From IMG/VR virus record IMGVR_UViG_3300036784_000120, positions 63,790 to 127,789 of that record: a DNA stretch of 64,000 nt. One strand, given 5' to 3'. This DNA comes from a virus (Duplodnaviria; Caudoviricetes). The position numbers and the translations under genes were made by a program. The notes beneath the pieces were generated by a model. That model did no database searches, was not told the DNA's origin, and saw nothing but the letters and a program-made list of their open reading frames with translations. This document shows positions 55,165-64,000 of the stretch, in pieces (the stretch's first letter is position 1; each line of letters opens with the position of its first letter).

Positions 55165-55384
55165 CCCGGCCGCGCTGCGTCCGCTGCCCCGCCAGGAGGC
55201 GCGGGACAACCTGGCCCGCGCCGGCCTGGTCTACGCCCTGGCCATGCAGGACCTGGCCAGGCCCTCGCAGCCCCCGTTCACGCTGCCGGAGGCAGCCGAG
55301 GCGCTTGAGCTGGCGGCACGTGACATGACGGCTGCTGTGGACGCGGAGCCGCCGCTCCGGAAGCCGAGGGGGTGGGACCGGTGA
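55154..55384 (+). CDS. Hypothetical protein
   Basis: Coupling. Confidence 0.55.
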   Translation: MASDPAALRPLPRQEARDNLARAGLVYALAMQDLARPSQPPFTLPEAAEALELAARDMTAAVDAEPPLRKPRGWDR

Positions 55385-55860
55385 CCGGCGAGGAGCGCCG
55401 TGCCCCGACCGAGGAGGAGACCCGTGTCCTGAACCTGGCTAACCAGGCGGTGCGGGCCGCGATGCGCGAAGACTGGGACCTGGCCAGCAGCGCGATGCAG
55501 TTGATCAGCGACGAGACCGGCGGTCACGGCACTCTGCTGGCGCTGGTCGCCTGGTGCGACTGGCTGATCATCTCCCAGAACCGGTCCCGCGGCCAGCCGG
55601 ATGACGCTACGGCGGAACTCGCCCGCCCGGTGTGGCTGAACCCGCAGACAGGCCGGATCGTCATGGACGCCGGCGGGGTGCCGCCCGCGGTCGCGTGGGC
55701 CGGGCAGCTGGTCGCCGCCCGCGCAGCGATGGATCAGGACGCGTTCAATGCGCTGCTGTCCGCGATGCCCGCCGACGGCGCAACCCGCGGCAAGTACGCG
55801 GGGGCGCTTCTGGAGGCGTGCGCTATTGGGATGCGCGCGATGCAGGGAGGCATGTCGTGA
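55381..55860 (+). CDS. Hypothetical protein
   Basis: Coupling. Confidence 0.7.
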   Translation: MTGEERRAPTEEETRVLNLANQAVRAAMREDWDLASSAMQLISDETGGHGTLLALVAWCDWLIISQNRSRGQPDDATAELARPVWLNPQTGRIVMDAGGVPPAVAWAGQLVAARAAMDQDAFNALLSAMPADGATRGKYAGALLEACAIGMRAMQGGMS

Positions 55861-56504
55861 CCGTCGTGTTCCTCGACACGGAGACAACCTCCCTCCGCCC
55901 CGACCGGCGGGCGTGGGACATCGGCCTCATCACCCGCAGCGCAGACGGCACCGTCGACGAGGAACATCAGTGGTTCGTCCAAGCTGAGGACCTGGACCTC
56001 GGCGGCGCGGACCCGATGGCGCTGAAAGTCGGCCGGTTCTACGAACGGCACCCCGAGATGACCGGCACCGTCACCGGCAGCCTCGTCACCGAGCAGTATG
56101 CGCTCCGCCGGGTGGAACGGCTGACCCGCGGCGCGCATCTCGTCGGCGCCGTCCCCAGCTTCGACGCTGACGTGCTCGGGGCCCGGATGCGGGCGCACGG
56201 CATCCTGCCCTCGTGGCATTACCACTTGGTCGACACGGAAGCCCTGACGGTCGGCTGGCTCAACGGGCGGCGGGCCCGGCAGAACGAGATCGTCGACGGC
56301 TACCCGCTCGAGAACAACGGGGAGCCCGCGCCGGGCCTGGTCCGCTGGAACGATCCGGTGCTTCTCGCCGGGCTGCCGTGGAACTCCGGTGACCTGTCCG
56401 CCGCCCTAGGTGTCACGGTCAGCGAACAGGACCGGCACACCGCGCTCGGTGACGCGAAGTGGTGCCGTGCGGTCTATGACGCGGTGACGGGCGGTGCCAG
56501 GTGA
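55857..56504 (+). CDS. DEDDh (DnaQ-like) 3'-5' exonuclease
   Basis: FLDTETT, PSFD, HTALGDA. Confidence 0.9.
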   Translation: MTVVFLDTETTSLRPDRRAWDIGLITRSADGTVDEEHQWFVQAEDLDLGGADPMALKVGRFYERHPEMTGTVTGSLVTEQYALRRVERLTRGAHLVGAVPSFDADVLGARMRAHGILPSWHYHLVDTEALTVGWLNGRRARQNEIVDGYPLENNGEPAPGLVRWNDPVLLAGLPWNSGDLSAALGVTVSEQDRHTALGDAKWCRAVYDAVTGGAR

Positions 56505-57025
56505 ATCACAGGAAGGGCTACGCCTCCGCTGAGGCCGCGATGCGGTCGAAAGCGTACCTGACGAACCCGGCCGCGGTCCTCGAACTGGACTGCCGGTGCG
56601 GGAAGGTGCATGTCCTGCTGCCGAAGCCGGGCGCGGGAGTGGTGAGGCTGAGGCCCGCGCCGCGCTGCACCATCCCGCCCAGGGTGCGCCGGCAGGTTGA
56701 CCGGCGCGACAGCACCGGCGGTGCCCGGCTGTGCATCCACTGCGGCTCACGCCGGGACCTGCACCGGCATCACCGCAGGATCAAGGGCATCGGCGGAGAT
56801 TCCAGGGTCCACACGGACTGTGCCTGCAACATTGTGACGCTCTGCGCCGAGTCCCATCACTGGGCGCATGTCCTCAACCGTCCCCAGGCTGTAACGGAGG
56901 GGCTGATCATTCCCGCGTCGGCGGCTGAACCGTGGCTGTGGCCGGTCATGGTCCGCGGCGGAGGGATGGCGTGGCCGGCCTGCACCGGGCGGTACATCTA
57001 CGAGGCACCCGCGAGGGCATCATGA
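56501..57025 (+). CDS. HNH endonuclease-like protein
   Basis: CIHCG...HRHHRRIKGIGG...NIVTLC...HHWAH. Confidence 0.75.
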   Translation: MNHRKGYASAEAAMRSKAYLTNPAAVLELDCRCGKVHVLLPKPGAGVVRLRPAPRCTIPPRVRRQVDRRDSTGGARLCIHCGSRRDLHRHHRRIKGIGGDSRVHTDCACNIVTLCAESHHWAHVLNRPQAVTEGLIIPASAAEPWLWPVMVRGGGMAWPACTGRYIYEAPARAS

Positions 57026-57258
57026 GCAGTTTCCTGGCCGCCGGCCGGTGCGGCGTGAGGCGGCTCGCGGCCCGCTGGCTGCCGACCCGGCTGCTGGAAG
57101 CCCTGTTCCGTCGCCGCGCCCCGCGCTGGACGCCGATGCCGCGTGACGACGAACTCGCCTGGTACGACGTGATGTGCGGCTGGTATGACAAGACCGGCAC
57201 CGCGCAACTCGCCCGGATTGATGCAGCGACGGCGAAGCTGGCGAGGCGACTGCTGTGA
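57022..57258 (+). CDS. Hypothetical protein
   Basis: Coupling. Confidence 0.55.
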   Translation: MSSFLAAGRCGVRRLAARWLPTRLLEALFRRRAPRWTPMPRDDELAWYDVMCGWYDKTGTAQLARIDAATAKLARRLL

Positions 57259-57494
57259 GCATCAAGGCGACCCACGTCCCCCGGAGCAACGCGCGCAGCG
57301 GCGGCGGGATACCGGCCACCGTCCGGTACGGCACCGAGAACATGTGGCCCGGCATTTTCACCGGCTTCAACGCGCTCTGCACCTGCACGTGGGCACCGTA
57401 CCAAGGCAAGTACCAGGTTAAGCGCCGCGACGGGGCCTGCCTCGTCAGGGAGCATCACCAGGCGGGGACACCGAACGGACGGGGCGCGCAATGA
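57255..57494 (+). CDS. Hypothetical protein
   Basis: Coupling. Confidence 0.6.
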   Translation: MSIKATHVPRSNARSGGGIPATVRYGTENMWPGIFTGFNALCTCTWAPYQGKYQVKRRDGACLVREHHQAGTPNGRGAQ

Positions 57495-58372
57495 CCGGCA
57501 TTCAGTGGACGGACGAAACCTGGAATCCGACGACCGGCTGCGACAAAGTGTCGCCCGGCTGCGGCCTGCCGAGGTTCGACGGTGACGACACGGGCGGCTG
57601 CTACGCGATGGCGATGGCCAAGCGGCTGAAGCGCATGGGGCAGGCTAAGTACCAGGCTGACGGCGATCCCCGCACCTCGGGACCTGGCTTCGGCGTCACC
57701 CTGCATCCTGACGTGCTGGACCGGCCGCTGCACTGGCGGGAGCCGCGCCGGATCTTCGTCAACAGCATGAGCGACCTGTTCCACGAGTCCGTGCCGGACG
57801 CTTTCATCGCGGAGGTGTTCGCGGTGATGGCGCGGGCGCACTGGCACACGTTCCAGGTCCTGACCAAGCGGCATGGCCGGATGCGGTCGCTGCTGTCGCG
57901 GCCATCGTTCCGCGACAACCTCGCGCACCTCGCACCGTGGCCGCTGCCTAACGTGTGGCTAGGCGTCAGCGCCGAAGACCAGAAATGGTGGGACATCCGC
58001 TGGGCCGCCCTCCGGGAGACACCCGCCGCAGTTAGGTTCGTGTCGGCTGAGCCGATGCTCGGCCCGATCGACCCTGAGCTTGACCACGAGTGCGGTGACC
58101 CGCCGCACTGGACGTGCCCGGTGATGCCAGACTGGCTGATCATCGGCGGGGAGAGCGGGCCCGGCGCGCGGCCGATGCGGCTGGAATGGGTCCGCCAGTT
58201 GTTGGCTCAGTGCCGCGAACCCGAGGTTTACACGGTGCCGTTCGTTAAGCAGCTCGGCGCGGTCCTCGGCCGCGAGCTCGGCGCGGGGGCGAAAGGCGGC
58301 GACATCGACGCCTTCCCCGAAGACCTCCGCGTCAGGGAGTTCCCGCGTGCCGTTGAGGCGGTGACCCTGTGA
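57491..58372 (+). CDS. DUF5131 (phage Gp37/Gp68) protein
   Basis: IQWTDETWNPTTGCDKVSPGC...CYA...FVNSMSDLFH...LTKR...IIGGESG...FVKQLG. Confidence 0.93.
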   Translation: MTGIQWTDETWNPTTGCDKVSPGCGLPRFDGDDTGGCYAMAMAKRLKRMGQAKYQADGDPRTSGPGFGVTLHPDVLDRPLHWREPRRIFVNSMSDLFHESVPDAFIAEVFAVMARAHWHTFQVLTKRHGRMRSLLSRPSFRDNLAHLAPWPLPNVWLGVSAEDQKWWDIRWAALRETPAAVRFVSAEPMLGPIDPELDHECGDPPHWTCPVMPDWLIIGGESGPGARPMRLEWVRQLLAQCREPEVYTVPFVKQLGAVLGRELGAGAKGGDIDAFPEDLRVREFPRAVEAVTL

Positions 58373-58677
58373 GCCTTGCCGTGATCACCCGGCCGAGCGG
58401 GAAGCCGTACCGGCCGCGCAAGTTCACCGCCTGTGCGGTTACCGATGATGACGAGCTAAGCGGCGTTGTCGTCCTCGGAACGCACGACCCCGGCGTCGCT
58501 CAGCCTCTCGCCGATCAGTACATAACCTGGCAGCTCGGCAGCAGCTACTGCGCGGCCGGCCCTGTCACCGTCTGGTGGCGCGACGGCTTCGAGTGCGGCG
58601 AGCGCAGATGGGTCTCCGACGAGATCAGGGGACGCGCGGGCGTGTGGTTCCGCGAGATCGTCGAGGGCGGGCCGTGA
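58369..58677 (+). CDS. Hypothetical protein
   Basis: RPSGKPYRPRK...VLGTHD. Confidence 0.7.
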   Translation: MSLAVITRPSGKPYRPRKFTACAVTDDDELSGVVVLGTHDPGVAQPLADQYITWQLGSSYCAAGPVTVWWRDGFECGERRWVSDEIRGRAGVWFREIVEGGP

Positions 58678-59156
58678 CCGCCGAATCTGAAGACGCCCAC
58701 CGGGTCGCCCCTCGGCCTGGTGGGAGCGGGATGGAACCGGGACCCCCGCCCGGTGACCCCCGCGCCCCGGGCGCGCAGCCGGCTGCCGCCCGGGGCACCC
58801 AATCGTCCGCGCCGCAGCAGCCACTGACCCGCGGGAGTGGCGGCGTGAGCGCGGACAGCGGTCCCGGTGGCAGCAGCGTGCGGCAGCTGCCCGCCGGGGC
58901 CGCCGGCGGTCCCGGCGGGCCGGACTGTACACCTCCTTCCGCCGGGACCGCCCCCCAGGATCCGGGAGGGGCTGCGCGACCGCACGCTGCTACCCCTCCC
59001 GGGCAGGATTTCCGCGACGCATGGAAGGCCGCGCTGAGCCGCCGCGCCGCCGGGCAGCGGAACGCCAGGGCCCGCCCCCGCCGAGGCGGCACCGGGGGCG
59101 GGTACAAGCCGGGGATGGCGCAGCGGCCGCCGCCTCCGCCGCAGGACGCAGCGTGA
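58674..59156 (+). CDS. Low-complexity Pro/Gly-rich protein
   Basis: GTGA coupling at both ends. Confidence 0.45.
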   Translation: MTAESEDAHRVAPRPGGSGMEPGPPPGDPRAPGAQPAAARGTQSSAPQQPLTRGSGGVSADSGPGGSSVRQLPAGAAGGPGGPDCTPPSAGTAPQDPGGAARPHAATPPGQDFRDAWKAALSRRAAGQRNARARPRRGGTGGGYKPGMAQRPPPPPQDAA

Positions 59157-60331
59157 CCGGCCTCGTGGTCGACGTGTTCGCTGGCCCGGGCGGATGGGCT
59201 GAGGCTGCCCGGGAACTCGGCATTCCCGAAGTGGGGATAGAGCTCGACGCGGCGGCATGCGCGACGAGGGCGGCGGCAGGGCACCAGACGATCCGCGCTG
59301 ACGTGGCCGAGTTTCCCGTCTCGCAACTCGCCGGGATGTGGGGTTTCGCGGGCAGTCCGCCGTGCGGCACGTTCTCGGCCGCGGGTGACCAGGCGGGGAC
59401 GATGGTGCTCGCCCTGCTCGCCGAACTCATCCGGGACATGTTCGCGGGACGGGACACGCGCAGCGCGCACCGTCAGGCGATGGAGGCTGAGCTCGCGAAC
59501 TCGGAATGGCCGGGTAACGGCATGTCCGGCGAGAAGCGGACGGCGAAGATCAGGCAGGCGGTCACGTCGGCTGCGCTGGTCGCCGAGCCTGCCCGGTTCA
59601 TCGCCGCGTGCACGCCGGAGTGGGTGGCGCTTGAGCAGGTGCCCGCGGTCCTGCCGCTGTGGCGGGTGTACGCCGCCGGGTTGCGGAAGACGGGCTACAG
59701 CGCCTGGTGCGGGAAACTCAACACCGCGGACTACGGCGTGCCGCAGACCCGTGAGCGTGCCATCCTCATCGCTTCCCGGGTACGGCAGGTGCGGCGCCCG
59801 GAGCCGACGCACTACGACGCCCGCAAGGGTGCCCAGCTGTGGGGCGAGCCGTGGGTCAGCATGGCTGAGGCTCTCGGCTGGGGGGCGACCGCGCGCCCCT
59901 CGGTGGCCGTGACTGCCGGCGGGACAGCGGCGGGCGGCGCCGAGCCGTTCGGGCACCGCGGCCGCGACGCGATCGAGGCTGAGCGTGACGCGGGCCGGTG
60001 GGTGCTGCGCACGTCGTTCGGGAAACCGGATACCGGGCGTAAGAGAACGGGCAGCGGCAGCCACGGCACGCACGAGATGAACCCGGCCACGCGCCCGGCT
60101 CACGCCGTGACCACAAAGGCCAAGGACTGGGTGCTCACTCGCCAGTCCGACTCGGTGCGGATCACCGTGCAGGAGGCCGCGATCCTTCAGTCGTTCCGCG
60201 CCGATTACCCGTGGCAGGGCACGAAAACGGCTCAGTTCACCCAGGTTGGGAACGCCGTTCCTCCCCTGCTTGCCGAGTATGTCCTCGCCATGGCGGCCGG
60301 TATCGCCCGCGAGCGACGGGAGGCCGCATGA
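59153..60331 (+). CDS. C5 DNA cytosine methyltransferase
   Basis: [31 protein letters not shown]. Confidence 0.93.
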   Translation: MTGLVVDVFAGPGGWAEAARELGIPEVGIELDAAACATRAAAGHQTIRADVAEFPVSQLAGMWGFAGSPPCGTFSAAGDQAGTMVLALLAELIRDMFAGRDTRSAHRQAMEAELANSEWPGNGMSGEKRTAKIRQAVTSAALVAEPARFIAACTPEWVALEQVPAVLPLWRVYAAGLRKTGYSAWCGKLNTADYGVPQTRERAILIASRVRQVRRPEPTHYDARKGAQLWGEPWVSMAEALGWGATARPSVAVTAGGTAAGGAEPFGHRGRDAIEAERDAGRWVLRTSFGKPDTGRKRTGSGSHGTHEMNPATRPAHAVTTKAKDWVLTRQSDSVRITVQEAAILQSFRADYPWQGTKTAQFTQVGNAVPPLLAEYVLAMAAGIARERREAA

Positions 60332-60350
60332 GGCTCGAGGAAGGGGAGAC

Positions 60351-60548
60351 GTGAACGATTACGCGATATCGGCTGCTGTCCTCGTCGTGCTGGCCGCGAT
60401 GGGCTTGCTGGGGGTGGCGCGGGGATGGATCACCGGCTCGTTTTCGGTGTCGGTGCGGATCATCCCGCCGGCGAAACGGGTGCCTGCCCCGGAGGCTGCT
60501 GAGACCGTTACCGCGCCGATGTCACTGACCGAGCGGACCGCGGCATGA
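60351..60548 (+). CDS. Small membrane protein
   Basis: GGGGAG RBS; TM. Confidence 0.55.
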   Translation: MNDYAISAAVLVVLAAMGLLGVARGWITGSFSVSVRIIPPAKRVPAPEAAETVTAPMSLTERTAA

Positions 60549-60550
60549 GG

Positions 60551-61033
60551 TCAGGAAGCGACCGCGGCGCCGTCGTCGTCCGTGATCATGCGCCCGTGGC
60601 GGTGCGCCCAGTTAACGATGTCAGCCCGCCTCCACACCTTGCCCGCCGCGAGTATGTCGAAGGGGTCGGGGAAATCCGGCTTGGCCGTGAGCTGCCCGGC
60701 TCGCTGTCTGCTGACGTTCAACTCGTTGGCGATCTCTGCTGTGCCCATGTAGCGCTGCGGGCGATGTCGGCCGGGGTTGCGGTCGCGCCGGTAGTTCCGG
60801 TTGGTCGTCGCAACGTTGTGCACCGGGTGCTCGTGATCAATCGCGTCCTGCTCGGCCTGCACGGCGGCCGCCTCGTCGTCGTAGAAGAAGACAGTCATGC
60901 GAGTCACCTGCGGCCACCACGACCGAAGCTCGGCCTGCCGCTGCCACCTCAGCCCGAAGTTCTTGGTCACGCCAACGTAGAGCAACGTATCGGCGAAGTC
61001 GTACGGACGGTAGACCGCCATGCGGTCACTCAT
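60551..61033 (-). CDS. GIY-YIG-like nuclease fused to an AlpA-like HTH
   Basis: VYRPY...LLYVGVT...R...AEQDAI...PVHN; MGTAEIANELNVSRQR...DFPDP...VW. Confidence 0.8.
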   Translation of the reverse strand: MSDRMAVYRPYDFADTLLYVGVTKNFGLRWQRQAELRSWWPQVTRMTVFFYDDEAAAVQAEQDAIDHEHPVHNVATTNRNYRRDRNPGRHRPQRYMGTAEIANELNVSRQRAGQLTAKPDFPDPFDILAAGKVWRRADIVNWAHRHGRMITDDDGAAVAS

Positions 61034-61283
61034 CCGGGTCGGTCTCTCCGCCAAGCGGCTCGTCCGGGTGCTCCCGCACCCAGTCCCGGTATGCCTGCTC
61101 ATAGGCGCGGACCTGCTGCGGCCCGACGTTCATCTTCCGCGCGATCGACGCCTGCGACTCCTCACCGCGCTCACGAGCCCGGATCATGGCGAGCCCGAGC
61201 AGGGCACGCCGCCGGTCAACCATGGCCTTCGCCTCGCCGCGGGCCTCATCAAAGGCCCGCCGCGCCTCAAGTACCCCTGTCAT
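61026..61283 (-). CDS. Small HTH protein
   Basis: ESQASIARKMNVGPQQVR; GGAGGTG RBS. Confidence 0.65.
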   Translation of the reverse strand: MTGVLEARRAFDEARGEAKAMVDRRRALLGLAMIRARERGEESQASIARKMNVGPQQVRAYEQAYRDWVREHPDEPLGGETDPDE

Positions 61284-61584
61284 GGCGCCGCTCTCACCTC
61301 CACTACCCGGACGACGCCCAACGCGCTAGCCACCATCATACATGGTCACAAGCCGGTTTCCCACGTTACTGTATACCTGCTATGGTCACTACCATAGGAC
61401 CGCCAACACCCAGGAAGGCGGCACCACCGTTGCCCCTCAAGCCCATCGTCGTCGCGGCACCGACTCTCGGAGCCTGGCTTGTCATGTCCGCCGCGGCAGC
61501 GCTCGAGGGAATGACCCCGCTTGAACACGGAGCCGGCGAGGCGACCGCATCGGACACCGGACCCCCATCGGAGGCGATCGGGTT

Positions 61585-62532
61585 ATGGAATGGGGACGCC
61601 TCTACGCGAACCTGACCGACGACCCGCGCGTCCAGGCGGCCGAGGCCGACGGCGCCGCAGGCTTCCTGCTCTTTGAGAGCATCGGCTACTGCACCAGAGC
61701 CGAGACCGGCGGCTTCATCCCGCACACGCAGATCGAGCGGTTCGGCGGCGGGAAAACGAAGCGGGTGAAGATCGCCGCGCTCATCCGCGAGCGGATCTGG
61801 CTGAAGGTTGAGGGCGGCTACACCCTCAACCCCGACCTGTGGACCGAGGAACGCAACCTCTCCGATCAGGCCGAGAAGAAGAAGGAAAAGGACCGGAACC
61901 GGATCAACGCGAAACGCGCCGCCCAGCGAGCGGAGCGCGAGCGGGAGGCACAGGACCGGGACCGAGCGCCCCTAAACGGTCATGAGTCGCGCGACAGTCG
62001 CGCGACATGTCGCGCGACACTTGATGCGACTTGTAGCGCGACAGACCCCGCGACATGTCGCTGCGACAGTCGCAGCGTAGAGAAGAGAAGAGAAGAGATA
62101 GATAAATCTGTCGTCGATCATCTGCAGGTAGGTGACGGGCCGGTGTCGCGCGACACCGATGACGATGACTTGGTTTCGGCGGTGGTCGGGGCCGTCGTCG
62201 AGCGGACCGGTCTGGTGCTGCCCGACGCGGATGCTCGTGCTGTCGCTGCGAGGGTCCTGGCGAGAGCCGCCCGCGGCGGCGTGACCGTGCAGCGTCCGCC
62301 CCGGTACGTCGCGGCGGCGATCGCGGAGGAACCCGACCTGTACGCCGAACTGCTCGCCATCCCGGCACCTGGCGGGGCGGCGTCCGGGCGGGCATCGCCG
62401 CTGGCGGTCCCGCCGTGCGGCGGGTGTGATCCGCGGACCCGGATGCGTGAAGACGCTGACGGGCGCCCGTTCCACTGCCCGGAATGCCATCCGGCGGCGC
62501 TGTCGGCGCTGCCTGCGGAGCGGGGTGCCTGA
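61585..62532 (+). CDS. Phage replication initiator-like protein
   Basis: MEWGRLYANLTDDPRV...YC...TGGFIP; internal repeats; C-terminal CGGC...CPECHP. Confidence 0.72.
   Translation: MEWGRLYANLTDDPRVQAAEADGAAGFLLFESIGYCTRAETGGFIPHTQIERFGGGKTKRVKIAALIRERIWLKVEGGYTLNPDLWTEERNLSDQAEKKKEKDRNRINAKRAAQRAEREREAQDRDRAPLNGHESRDSRATCRATLDATCSATDPATCRCDSRSVEKRREEIDKSVVDHLQVGDGPVSRDTDDDDLVSAVVGAVVERTGLVLPDADARAVAARVLARAARGGVTVQRPPRYVAAAIAEEPDLYAELLAIPAPGGAASGRASPLAVPPCGGCDPRTRMREDADGRPFHCPECHPAALSALPAERGA
61985..62076. repeat. GCGACA/TGTCGC iteron cluster, candidate origin
   Basis: GTCGCGCGACA x3 plus variants, followed by an A-rich purine tract. Confidence 0.65.
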
Positions 62533-62984
62533 TGCCCCGGTGGATGCCGTTGCGTGAGCGGGTGCTGGCCGGCCTGGTCATCGACCCGTCGGGGTGCCTG
62601 CTGTGGCGGGGCGGCGTGGACAGCAACGGGTACGGGCGTCTGCGGCACCGCGGGCGGTGGGTTCGGGTGCACCGGGTGATGTTCGAGATGTTCGACGGGC
62701 CGATCCCGGCGGGGCTGGAACCGGACCACACATGCGAGGTTCACCGGTGCGGGGCGCCTGCGCATCTTGAGCTGGTGACGCACCGGGTGAACATGCTGCG
62801 GAGCCGGAGCATGGTGGCGCGGAACGCGGTGAAGACGCATTGCGGTACGTGCGGGCGGCGGTACGACCGGGCGAACACGTACGTGACGCCGAAGGGGAAG
62901 CGGGACTGCCGGTTTTGCCGGCGGGGGCGGGTGAAGCGTTACAAGGCGCGGAAGAGGGCGAAGGCGAGGGCGGGGGCGTCGTGA
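62532..62984 (+). CDS. HNH endonuclease
   Basis: GCLLWRG...GYG...HRV...DHTC...C..PAHLELVT...N. Confidence 0.9.
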   Translation: MPRWMPLRERVLAGLVIDPSGCLLWRGGVDSNGYGRLRHRGRWVRVHRVMFEMFDGPIPAGLEPDHTCEVHRCGAPAHLELVTHRVNMLRSRSMVARNAVKTHCGTCGRRYDRANTYVTPKGKRDCRFCRRGRVKRYKARKRAKARAGAS

Positions 62985-63313
62985 GTGACCGGAAGTTGCC
63001 GGAGATCGGGGAGGCGTGGCCCGAGCTGCACGCGGCCGCGATCGCGATGCGGGGCGACTGGAAACCGGATGACCTCCGGGACGCGATGCTCGCCGCCAGG
63101 CAGGCGGGGATGAGCTACCCGGAGGTGGCGCGGGAAGTGTGGCGGCTGGTGTGGGACGTGGACGGGGACCCGGGGGAGTTGCGGGGCACGGCACGACGGT
63201 ACGGGCTGGCGGCGAAGGCGCGGCCGGAGCGCGGTGATTATGAGCGGGGCGGGGCGCTGTGGCGGGAAGCGCTCGAGCGGCGCCAGGGCGACGACGGGGG
63301 GACCGCGGCATGA
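62981..63313 (+). CDS. Hypothetical protein
   Basis: Coupling. Confidence 0.6.
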   Translation: MSDRKLPEIGEAWPELHAAAIAMRGDWKPDDLRDAMLAARQAGMSYPEVAREVWRLVWDVDGDPGELRGTARRYGLAAKARPERGDYERGGALWREALERRQGDDGGTAA

Positions 63314-63690
63314 GCGGCGGGCGTAGCCGTAGTGAGCGGCTCGCGGACTTCCAGCACGGGCGGGCCCCGGACCTGGCGGCGCTGGCCGGCGGGCAGGCGG
63401 CGGAGGCGCGGGGCGTGATGCTTGAGCGGAAGCGGCGGGAGGCGTTGGAGCGGGCCGCTGCGCTTGAGGCGGAGGCTGTCGCGGCTCATGAGCGGGTGCT
63501 CATCGCGGAAGGGGTCGCGGTGCTTACGGAGGCGCTCGGGGGAACGAAGCGGCTGGTTTGCCCGGGGTGCAAGCGGACCCTGAACAGCGGGTGCCGGACG
63601 TGTAACCACTGCGGGACGCGGGCCGGGCGGCTCGTTCCGCTTGCCGGCCGGGCAGTCGTCCGGCTATTCGATGACCGGGAGGCTTCCTGA
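63310..63690 (+). CDS. Hypothetical zinc-ribbon protein
   Basis: CPGC...CNHC. Confidence 0.6.
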   Translation: MSGGRSRSERLADFQHGRAPDLAALAGGQAAEARGVMLERKRREALERAAALEAEAVAAHERVLIAEGVAVLTEALGGTKRLVCPGCKRTLNSGCRTCNHCGTRAGRLVPLAGRAVVRLFDDREAS

Positions 63691-63691
63691 A

Positions 63692-64000
63692 ATGTCTAAT
63701 CGAACGATCCCCTCACCGGAGGGAAACAACTGGCGCAAGTCCCGCCGCAGCATGGGGAACGGGAACTGCGTGGAGGCCGCGAGCAGCGGCGGCGTGGTCC
63801 TGGTCCGCGACACCGCTGACCGGGACGGTGCCGTGGTCGCGGTTCCGGCGGGGGCGTGGCGGGAGTTCACGGCGCGGCGGCCGCGGGGCGTTTGCGAAGG
63901 GTCGGTGAGCGGTGAGTTCGCCGCCGGGTTCGCTGCGGATCCGTGCGGTGAACCGGCGGTGTGGGCGTGGCAGCCGCAAGGAGCCAACACGCCCGTCAGG
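63692..64000 (+). CDS. DUF397 protein (runs off the window)
   Basis: WRKSRRSMGNGNCVEAA...VRDT...AWREF; GGAGG RBS. Confidence 0.8.
   Translation, partial: MSNRTIPSPEGNNWRKSRRSMGNGNCVEAASSGGVVLVRDTADRDGAVVAVPAGAWREFTARRPRGVCEGSVSGEFAAGFAADPCGEPAVWAWQPQGANTPVR

Overview
64 kb of a high-GC (~70%) actinobacteriophage or prophage; the host is probably a filamentous actinomycete, inferred from WhiB, DUF397/DUF5753, TraB-type FtsK and TTA rarity. Left arm, minus strand: DNA packaging and head genes (small and large terminase, DUF935-type portal, MuF head protein with an intein, two very large repeat-punctuated head-region proteins, one carrying two ADP-ribosyltransferase domains). Middle: accessory genes, a beta-helix tail fibre, a GH25-like lysin and an AICE-like transfer module (TraB/FtsK, DUF2637, NlpC/P60, transglycosylase). 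Right arm: Ro60/TROVE with two candidate Y RNAs, a divergent immunity switch, RecE/RecT, DnaQ-like exonuclease, DUF5131, cytosine methylase, a replication initiator with iterons and HNH genes. No major capsid, tape measure or integrase was recognised. Main observations: (1) the terminase Walker A motif and the portal N-terminus (twice) are each broken by the same 7-nt pattern, [codon]-TTA-N-[matching codon], which fits UUA-triggered ribosomal bypassing gating DNA packaging; (2) the MuF intein carries a DUF559/Vsr-type endonuclease gene on the opposite strand, with a candidate -10 and RBS overlapping the intein splicing blocks. All family assignments come from motif recognition by eye, not from database searches.
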